Assembly (NCBI GenBank): GCA_016748015.1
Contig: JAAOMT010000659.1
Span: forward strand, 375,222 to 439,221
Direction: 5' to 3'
Origin: Geosiphon pyriformis uo1
Taxonomy: Eukaryota > Fungi > Glomeromycota
DNA length: 64,000 bases
In this document: positions 53,547 to 64,000 of the stretch, one piece after another
Position numbering within the stretch: the first letter of the stretch is position 1
How the letters are laid out: each line of letters opens with the position of its first letter
Notes under the pieces: model-generated
Databases searched by the model: none
What the model saw: the letters and a program-made list of their open reading frames with translations, nothing else
Told to the model about the DNA's origin: nothing
Made by a program: the position numbers and the translations under genes

Positions 53547-54462
53547 GTTTAATAATTTAAATGAGGGGAGTTTGGGACAAGGTTTAAAATTTTTACCAAC
53601 TCGAAAATCTTGACTGATTATTTATTGATCATAATCGTCACCAATCAAAAACTTCTTATCTTAGACACTTTATAAATGAAATTTATATAAGTATCATAAC
53701 CTTTGGGAAATATTAATATTCCCAAACTTCAAGATATGTTAATGGGTATTAAAATATAAATATTTGCTAAAGCGGGGAATAAATAGATATTTAGAAACAA
53801 AAATTTGTCATAAATTGAATCCAAAACATAATTATAAAAGGAAATATTTAAATAGTTAATTTCTCAAATTAGTTTTCTCTTGCAATTTAAAATGTGTAAA
53901 AAAACTGAAATTTTTTATTTGCACGTCTCATAAATGAAGACATTAAAAGAGAATAAATTAGTCAAGTCCGATTGAAATAAAAGCTCAATTTTTAATTGAA
54001 ATTTCCAAACATCGACAATTTCAAATTTTCCCAATGGATTCACACTCACTTTAATGATATTAAAAAGGAATTCTATTAATATTATCCCTTAAACTTTTTT
54101 TTTGAATGAGATTTTGCTTCATGACAAGCCTAAAAATTTTCTTTTCTTTTTTTATTTAAAAATTTTATATTCACAGGATTTTTATTCAATTATTACGAAC
54201 TCAAATATTTTACAATTATTAAGAGAAAAACACCAAAAAATTTAAATACCTTGAAATAGTCAAAAAAAAGTTAAAATTGAATAATGTATTATATTACATG
54301 TTTACTGTTGTTAAAAAATATGCCAAAAAAATGGTAAATATTAAAATTTTGTATTACTATAGTTTTTTTAACAATTTATTTTAATAAATAACATTAAAAA
54401 ACTTGCATAACTTATTTTTTTACAAATAATGTTAAATTTTATATTTAAAGTAAATAAAAAAA

Positions 54463-54676
54463 GGGAATTGCTAAATCGACCCACCGCAACACGTGATATC
54501 ATTTTACGTCATAGTTTCGTATTCGAAGTGTTTTTTAATATATATAATCTATATTCAATTTTATAAAAGAAAAAGTTATTTTTTATTTTAATTAAACTAA
54601 TATTTATTAGAATTACTAATAAATAAATATTAAAATTAATATCACGTGTTGCGGGTGGGTCGATTTAGCAATTCCC
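54463..54676. mobile_element. MITE (214 bp) with ~40-bp terminal inverted repeats
   Basis: GGGAATTGCTAAATCGACCCACC-GCAACACGTGATAT ... ATATCACGTGTTGCGGGTGGGTCGATTTAGCAATTCCC; A7 run on both flanks. Confidence 0.85.
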
Positions 54677-54699
54677 AAAAAAATTTAATAAATCTTTTT

Positions 54700-56590
54700 T
54701 TTTATAAAAACAATAAAAAGGAAGCAATTTTTATTTTTCTTGTAGTTTTTAAGAATGCAAGTATCCAAGATGTTATTTTAACTGTAGAAACATCTAAACA
54801 GTACTTTATAAAAGCACTTTTCCTAAATATTAAAAAAATAAAGCTGCTAAAAGCTGTTAAAAAAGCACTTTTTTTGTTTTGGTTAAAGATATTCTCTTTT
54901 TAATGTTTTTTAAAGCATTACATTAGAAACAGTTTTAGTATAGTTGTTATTATTCCAAAAAGTCTTAGGGTTTTTAACAACAAACTGGTAACAAAGCAGT
55001 TGTTTTTTATTTTTAATCTTATTTTTGCTGTTTAAATAACTAAGAAAACCAAAACAGCAAAAAAAAATACAAAAATTTAGATTTATTAAAAGAATTAATA
55101 TATTAATAAATATAACAAAAAATCAACTAATTAAAAAACTATTTTTATTAGTTATACTATTTTAATTCTATTATATTATTATTATTATTACTAGAAATTT
55201 TCAAAAAAATTAAAAAGTAGTTCTAAATTTTTAAAACTAAGTCAATAAATTGTTAATTTAAATCTATTATTATTATAAACTTGTATATATTAATTAAAAA
55301 TTACAAATATATTTAAAATCTTATTCATAATATTTTAAAAAACAATATTAAAATTTTAGTTAACATAATTATTAAATACTTAAATTCAAAAATAAAAAAA
55401 CAATTATTATTATAAAATATTTTAAATTTTGTTTAATTATATAAATATGTTAATTTTATTTCTTAAATATAAACAAAAATTAATGAATACTATTTGTTTT
55501 AATTAAAACACTAAAAAATTTGAATTTAAAAAATTTAAATTTATTTTAATAAATATAAATCAAAGTATTATTTAATAATTATATTAATATATTTGTTAAT
55601 AAAAATAAATTTGAAAAAATAAATATAATTTAAAATTAAATAAAAATAAAAAATATAATAATTATTAAACAAAAAACTTGTAGAATATTATTAATAAATC
55701 ATAAAATTGTTTATAAAAACTTATTAAATATTAAACAATAAATTAATTTAATTATTATTAATTATGTTAATACCAAAAAAATAAGAAAATTTAATTTTGC
55801 ATAAATCATTAAAAACTAAATAATATTATACATAATAGAAAAAAAAAAATAATTTCTAATATTAAACTTAAATAATAATTATTAACAAGTAATTATAAAC
55901 TTAAATAACTAAAAAAAATAGTATTTAACTTTAAAATTATATATTAATTATACTTGATTTTTAAAAAATATTGTAAAATATTATTATATTTAATAATAAA
56001 AATATTAACAATAAATTAATTAAAAAAGATAATTAACCAATAATTTAAAATACTTAAATTAAAAATTACCAATATAATAAAAAAAAAGTAATTAAAACTA
56101 TTAAAAAAAATTTGAATTTTAATAAAACTTAATAATAAAAAAATATTATTATAAAATAATAATAATTAAATAGTTAACATAAAATAAATTTATTAATTAT
56201 ATAGAAATAATATAAAAAAAAACATTTAATAATTTAAAACAAATTTTTTTTGTTAATTATATTTTAACCAAATTAATTATTTATAATAAACTTATTTATT
56301 AAAATTGTTAAAATACATAAATTGTTATTTATATTATTAAATTATTTATATCTAATTTTTAACTTATTAAATTAATTTATATTAAAAACATATATATAAA
56401 AATCTAATATATTAAAACAATAATTTTAATTATAATTATTAATAAAATACTAAATTTTACTTTTATTTTATTTATTTTATTTTGTTTATTTTATTGTTTT
56501 TATGTTAAAATTAATTTAATTAAAAAACAAGTATTTATAATATTATAAATAATTTGATAAAAAATACAAAAATAAATATAAGATTAATTT
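54700..56590. repeat. Family X fragment (54700-55060) followed by extremely eroded repeat DNA
   Basis: Matches 3850-4110 and 39590-39720; the remainder is almost devoid of G/C. Confidence 0.5.
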
Positions 56591-59500
56591 ATTAATAGTT
56601 AAGCTGTACTTATAAAACTTAATTACTATTTAACTACTACTTAAAAGCATCTAATTAAAAAAGATTTTAGATTAAATATAATTTATGTTTTTTCTATATG
56701 TAATCAGCTACTTAAGCCAATTAAGACAACACTATATATTTATACCACTTATTATAAAAAGTTCTGCATAAAACCAAAATATAAACTAGTCAAAAGAGAG
56801 TATAATCTAAAACAAACATATATATTCAACCTAATACCAAAATTATAAATTATTTTAAGAATTCACAAAGACAATAATTTCAAACCAGATAAAATAATTA
56901 ATCTATCACAAAGCAAGAAATTATGCTTTTTATAATGTGTTTTTAGTTATATGTCTAGTAATCAAATAACAGTTTTATAATCTTTGACAAAACTCTGGAC
57001 CAAATCAACAATTATTATATTACTATTAGACCCAATACTCAATAAGCATATTATTTTAACCACTCATTTTTCCAATATAAAGTTTTTAACCAGTATTACT
57101 TATAGAAATATAGGAAATATATTAGCATAATTATTAGCCAATCAGAAGTAAGTGTAATAAATATGGAATTCCAGGATTCCTCTCAGGAATTGCAGGATTC
57201 CAGAAATTTCAGGATTTCCCAACGAGGAATTGCAGGATTCCAGAATTTCAGGATTCCTGTCATGAAGAATCGAGAAATTGAGGAATCTCAATTATGTATA
57301 TATTGCAGTAATATTAGAAACAGAAAAAACAGAATCAATATGACAGAATCCTTAGCCCAGAAACACAAATCATCAAATAAATAAATATTTTATATCTCAA
57401 AACCACTCTTCACTATCAACACTTCATGTTGATAGTAATTGATACTTAACCATGCTGGAACAATAGCTCTTGATCATGGCTATTAACAAGATACTAACAT
57501 ATCAAATTGCCTTGGCTTATTTTTCCTATTTTCTTATTTTATTTTCTTTATTTTATTTTCTTTCTTTCTTTGATTTTATTGTTGTATACTAATTGATTAA
57601 GAGATTAAGTGCTGAGTTATTGATGTCAAGAATAGTCTGGTAAAAGACCCAAAAATAAGGATAGGATTTTATATATTATCGGATAGCTTACCAGAAAGGC
57701 ATGACTGCCAGACTAAATCTGGTCACCACGCTAAGAAAGAAATTGAGAAAACTCTTGGAAAGATACATTTACTATCGACACTATTGAATTTCTGTCCATT
57801 ATACAAAAGACTCCATCAAAACCTTCAGATACAACACCTGCAGAACCTCATCCACAGAAGTAGCTTTTGAGCACCAAGTTACGGGTTTGTTATTTAATTC
57901 AACAGCAGAAAAAATCATCTGTAACACCAGTAACATATATAAACAACCAAAAAATTCAGTCTTATGCAAAGATTAGATTACTTTACAATTAATAATACAA
58001 GCATTTAGCAAATTAATATATTTTTAGATAGTGTTTAAAATCAGATTTCTTTTAGTGCAATTGTTATAAATGCATAAAAATATATGATTAAAGTTCTTAA
58101 TTAGTTTATATCTAATATATAATATGCTAGGATAATTTAAGTTATATAGTTTTTTTTTTAATCATAGACAAATAGTGGTACAAGATTTTTATAAAATAGG
58201 ATTAAAGTACTATAAAAACAAAATTGGTAAAACCAGATTTAATATGACTATTAAGATGTTATATGTCAAAGATTCTATATATATCAAAAAGATTGTAAAG
58301 CATTATATCTATAACACTATCAACACATTTGAATTTTCAGTTAACAAAACCAATAATCTCAAATAACTATTTAACAAAGTAATAGGCATTCTCAAAAATA
58401 AATTTTTTTTTGATGGCAAAAAAATAGTACAGCATCTAAACAAATATTGTGAAATTAAACATAGTAACAGCATTGGCAAAAAAGTTTGTATGTTCATTAC
58501 CAACAATTTTAGAATGGTTTTTGACTTTATTTCAATTGATTAACAAATTTTTTGATACAATAGTCTAACAAATATGTTCTTTTTTAATCCAGTATTTATT
58601 ACAAAAATTGGGATTAATGGACTCCTTGTTTAAAGCACAAACATTCAATAATACTTAATTATCTGTAAACAAAATAACTAAGTTAAACATAAAAATATAT
58701 TCAACACAAGCACAATAGTTTGTAGTTCCATTAAAGTTAAAAAAAACAAGCCACTTATCTTAATTTTAACACTTATTTTAATGTCTGAAAAATATGCAGT
58801 CACATTATCACAAACACTTATAGAACCAAAATTTTTGATTGAAATATTTATATAGACAATTATTTTTTCTGTTCTATTTCTCAGCAAACATTTTTTGACA
58901 AACTCAAAATTACATGATTGGTTAACAGATGCAAGATAAAAAGCCAAAGCATTACAGCTGACCAGGCCACTTTTTTCAATAAACATGACAAGTAAGCTAA
59001 ACCAACCAAGAACAAGATCTTTAGAATCAAGTCTTTTTTACCTGCAAAATATGTTTCATGTAAAACAAACTTCATAACAATCCAGAAATTGGTTGGCAAA
59101 AGCAATGCCAAATCTCTTTAAAAATTTTATCATACTAATTTAATAATCCAAACCCAGAATATTAATAACAACAATACTATTACCAATTCAAAAAACATTG
59201 GGAGATTGTTTCTTAAAAATAAACTACATAATATTAAAGTATTAGTTCTATCTGCCAAAAAACAGTTCATTGGATTAATTAACAATATAACCAGAAAACT
59301 GAAAAAATGTCAAGATATTTAGCTAACAGTCTGTAAATTCATAGCTCTATGTTTGAATAATCTGCCAAGAATCTCTTTTTTCTTTTCTCTGAATTAGCAA
59401 AAGTGATCAAATTAGCCACTAAATTTTCAGCTTGTATTTGTTCAAAAGACTTGAAACCATATAATTTAAGATGAAAAATAGCTTTATTAGAAAAGTTTTT

Positions 59501-62500
59501 GGGCAAATTGGTCTTAAGCTTCAATTTTTTTCTTAGCATTTTGTTTTATTTTTTACATATATTTATCAATATATAATTAAATTATAGTTTGTAATTAACA
59601 ATAAGCTGAAAAACTGCAGACACTAGATACAAAAATTGTTTGTTCAAAACAGTCTTTCTTAAAACCAAATTCATAAAAAATCTAATATTCAAATAAGTCT
59701 TGACAAGACTTGGTTTGGAAAAATTATCTGTAGACAAAAAAATACCCAAATATCTATAAGACTCATTCTTTTTAGCTATTAAAATATTAAATCTACTTAT
59801 TAATAAATAAAAAACTTTCACTTTTAATTAATAGATATGGCTACTGTCTTCTCAGTATTGATTGAAATATTATTAATTTCGAAAAATTTATTAGCAATGT
59901 TCAAAATATATTGAATAGTGGACATGTCATTTTCAATTCAGATTGTATCATTCACAAAGATCTCTGCTGCCAAAAAAAATGTTTTGTTACTTCTAAGATT
60001 TTGCTTGCCAGTTTTTATGATAAATTTTAAATCCAATCTGTAGCCAAACAAACTGTTATGTTTTTTAATTTTATAAAGCAAAGGATTGTAAAAGATTTTT
60101 TACAGCAGTGATAAGAAAATTTTCTCTTAATTCAAACTATTATGTACAATATATTTATTTATAAGTCCAAAATTTGTTATTATCTGATTGATTTTATTAT
60201 TGTAAATGTTTTCAAAAACTTAATAAAATGGAAATACATTTTAATTTTAATTAAATTGTTCTGTAAATAATACTATTCAACAAAATTATATGTTTTATAT
60301 ATATTTTGAAAAACCAGCCATAACTTTTTGCACTTTTTTAATGTATTTTTAATTATAAAACTAATAGCAAAAATTGGAATTTGAGTAAATATTCCTTTCA
60401 AAACTGAAAAATTATTACCACATAAGATATTAAATCTATTACAGACCAAGAAAATTTTATCTAAAAGAATTTTAAATATGATTTTATAGGCTGTTTCAAT
60501 TAAGTCTATTGGTTTGGTATTTATAAAAGTCTCTTTCTAATTATATAATTTTGGTATCATAAATATCCAAGTTTCTTTTTACTATATGAAAACTGTATCT
60601 AATACCAAATACATATTGAAAATATCTAATAAATTCCTCAGAATCTATTTATTACTATGTTTTTAGAGCTTATTAGGAATACCAAAAAGACCAATGATTT
60701 TTCTATCAGGCAAAGCTTTGATTACTTGCAGAAATTTATCAAACTTGATATTATATATAATCTTTGAAAATGCACAATTATTAATATAATTTAGGAAAGC
60801 ATATTAGTTGGATTATTAATTAGACCAAATGCTGAGTACTATATGTTTTTTTGTCTATTTTTTTATGATAGTATTAATTGTAGACTTAATTTTACAAAAC
60901 TTTAAAACTAGATTGTTATTTACTATCAAATAATTAAACACTACTTTCTAAACAATTGTTTTAAAATACTTTTAATTATATATTTTTTATTAAAGCAAAA
61001 ATTTTCCATGTATTTTTTTATTGTTTTTCTGATAAAATTATTCCTGACAACTTTGAACTCATAATACTTGGATTTGTAATATTTTTTGACTCTTAACAGA
61101 TGGTACAAAATTTTTTCCAATCTTTTATCACTATTAACCAAGATGTTCATCTTGAAAGTCTCTTCTTTATTAACAACAATTCAAGTATTAATAAGACAAT
61201 TAGTTCTTAAATTTTGATTTGAGTTTAAATCTTTTACAATTTTGGCTATTAATAGCTTCAGCTTAAAAAACTTAAATAATTGCTTATTCTATAGGTACTT
61301 AAAATTACTAAACCAAAGTTTAGAAAATGCTTTATTAGCAAAACTCACTATTACTTTTCTTAAAATCATTTATATTGTATTCAAATTACCACAATTTTCT
61401 GTATTTTTGAATTTAGCTGCTTCATTTAAGAACATATCTAAAAAAACATTTTTTAAAATATAACTACTTAGCAATCTTAAATTTCTTGATTTTGAACTTC
61501 TATCTATTCCTATTAGTTTGTTTATAAACACTGTTAAGACAAGTGTCTAAAAAACCATTTAAACCAACTGTAATTGAACCAGTTTTGTGGTCAATATTAA
61601 AGAAATCAGCAACAGTGTTAATTTTATAATCAGTAACTGCAGATATCAGGTTTTAATTTACAAAAATAAGACTTTTTTACTGCTCTTAAAATTGTTCCAA
61701 ATAGAGTTTTAGTCAACAAATGTTTACTAAATGAGTTGACTAAACTCAAATCTAAACAAAACTTGAAACTCATACTTTTTTTAAAACTATTCTTATTAAA
61801 ATCTCCATACAATACTATAAAAGTACTGGAGTTAACTGTCTTAACAATAAAAATATTAACTTTAGATGCTTGGCTAAATTTTGTTTCTGCAAAAACATTA
61901 GCATATAAATCCAGAATCATAATTAAATTTTGCTTTTAAAGAGAAGCCTTATTAAAATAATATAACCAAAAACTTTTTTTACTTTAAAAACATGCCAAAC
62001 TAAAGAATTGTTCATAATAATAGTCATTTCAGCACCAAAAAAACTTTTATTTAAACCAAATGTAAAAATTTGTATTTTATTAAACTTATTTATAATTTAT
62101 GATTTAACACTAGATCTTAACTTTGTTTCTATAACAATAAAAACCATATTATTCAAATTTGTATGCCAACAAATAATGTCTTTTTGTTTTACAAAAATAT
62201 TAATACCTTAAACATTACACATAGCAAATTTCTATACTAAGTTATTTATTGAGATAATAAAAGCATTAGAGAGCCTAAATTAGAGCACAACTGATCTAAT
62301 CTTACCAAAACTGAATTAACAGAAATCTTAAGAACAACCATTTTTGTTTCCAAGCCATCTATCTTAGTGATTAAAATTTTTAATTTACTCAAACCCAAAT
62401 CTGAAGTCTTATTATTTACAACTGAGAGAAGAAAAACAGACAATACAGATATATTATTTAAAACTATATCCAAATTCAAATTTGAATTCAAAAATACAGA

Positions 62501-64000
62501 CACAGTAAGAGGGAGAAATTAAGAAATAAACACTAAAGATACCAAGTCCACAAAGCTTAATTTTTACATAATACTAAACATTTAATTTGCCAAAAGCTTT
62601 AAAGAGCATTCCAAAAAAACCAAATAAACATTTAAAAAAGAGTTATTTAATAAGATAGAAGAAGATTTTTCATTAAAATTTAAAGCACCAAAAAGAGAAA
62701 AACCAAAACTAGAAAGCAAATTATTGGAAAAAAAAATTACCAAAACTATTTAAGCTTATAACTTGCCATTAAAAACAACAAAACAAGAAATTGAAACATT
62801 CTTTTTGACATATAACTTGGCCAGTTAAAGACAATTTTTATTAAAAATAAACTTCTTAAATACTTTTAAAGATAGAGAATTGAGAAAACCAGATACATTA
62901 TACTTTAAAACTAAATGTCCAAAATGTTTACACTTTTTTACAACAAACCAAATTTATTCTAGTTTAAAAGAATTTCATATTACCAAAAATTAGTTTTATG
63001 CAAAAAACAGATTCAAGTTTTTTATTTAATTTAAAGCCAATCATGATACAGCAAGTTTTATTGCTAATTTTAAGTAATTGATTTATAATGCAAGTTTTTT
63101 TTATCAATTCTTTTCAATAGAGCATCTAAATTATGAATAATTGGTTTTACTAGCAAAGTAAACAAAAACACTCTAAACTGGTTTTTTAATATTTAAATTT
63201 CACAATTTTTCATACTTTTTACTATCTATACTGAATCTTTCTTAATAAAAAATAATTACTTTGCCACCAATTGATCAATCTAACTTGATTTGGCAAATTT
63301 CACTACAGCTTTCTGCTACAGTCTAATTAATTGTAATTGGATTAATATTATTTGACCAAACTTGAAAAGAGCTATAACAATTATTTTTTTTAATGTATTT
63401 ATGAGAATTTCCTTAATAATTACAGTTTAATCTGAGTGAAATTTTTGTCTCTTAACATTGTTATTTATAATAATTTCCTTATTTTTAGCCAATAATACAG
63501 TCTTTTTTATATTTTTTCAGATGTAAATATTAATTGAATAATTTTTTTAAATTTTGAAAGAGTAGTGGCCTTTCTAAAACTATTAATTGATAAAAACATT
63601 TTTCTGATAAACTGAGTTTTTGTCATTGTTGATTTTTTTTCACAACTAAAAAATTAATGTCTAATATAAATAATTTCTTAATGATTACTTTGATTTGAAT
63701 TTTTACTATTTTAGGATCAATTCATTTTTTTTAAGAGAAATATTAAGAAAGAAAAGAAGGGGTCTTTTATTTTTATCTATATCATAATTAATTAAGCTAA
63801 TAAAAGAACCACAGATTAAATTAGTATTTATTCTTTTAACTTTAAAAGTATTTGCAGCTAAGCCAAAAAAAAACCACCATTAACTCTTAATAAAACACTA
63901 TTATTCTTATTATTACCAAACTCATTGTCTATATCTAAATATACATTATTACCAGTATTAAATTTGACTAAAAAAATAGTTTTTTTATTATTAAAATACT
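56590..64000 (-). mobile_element. LINE copy C, intermediate-to-heavy decay, runs off the window end
   Basis: ORF1 end at 62246, APE about 62200-61500, RT motif at 60322 (TGGCTGGTTTTTCAAAATATATATAAAACATATAAT), RNase H about 58880-58520 and 3' tail at 56735-56600. Confidence 0.88.
57094..57926. mobile_element. Solo-LTR-like insert (833 bp), relatively well preserved
   Basis: Termini TATTACT...CTGTAACA; perfect TSD CCAG/CCAG (57090, 57927); retains several CpGs; CCAAT box and GGAATT.CAGGATTCC repeats. Confidence 0.8.

Noticed and set aside
57165-57260. CRISPR-like short palindromic repeats
   Set aside because: No unique constant-length spacers, eukaryotic context, and inside an LTR-like element.

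Overview
Eukaryotic, intron-containing fungal DNA. Intron style, low GC and the repeat-encoded proteins point to an arbuscular-mycorrhizal-type fungus (Glomeromycotina, Geosiphon-like); this is inference from recalled protein families, not a database result. The window alternates sharply between CpG-containing gene islands (1-1.2 kb, about 10.4-27.7 kb, 51.4-54.3 kb) and extremely AT-rich blocks of nested, decayed transposons. Genes: the 3' end of a likely GPI-anchored protein, a 4-exon ASDURF-like beta-prefoldin micro-gene and a 3-exon PET191/COA5 gene (both missed by the ORF track), a 1125-aa low-complexity protein, an AT-hook/ankyrin protein, VPS2/DID4, a DH-PH RhoGEF and NOB1. Repeats: four copies of an APE-RT-RNaseH LINE at graded stages of C>T/G>A erosion, ORF1-only (HAL1-like) elements and a ~70-bp mini-element sharing the LINE 3' tail, five TGTTAC...GTAACA solo-LTR-like inserts with 4-bp TSDs, Ty3/gypsy gag-protease relics, a hAT relic and a MITE. 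The most striking signal is repeat-restricted, RIP-like transition hypermutation that lacks the classical CpA signature, in a lineage where RIP is not established to my knowledge. Boundaries inside the eroded blocks are approximate.
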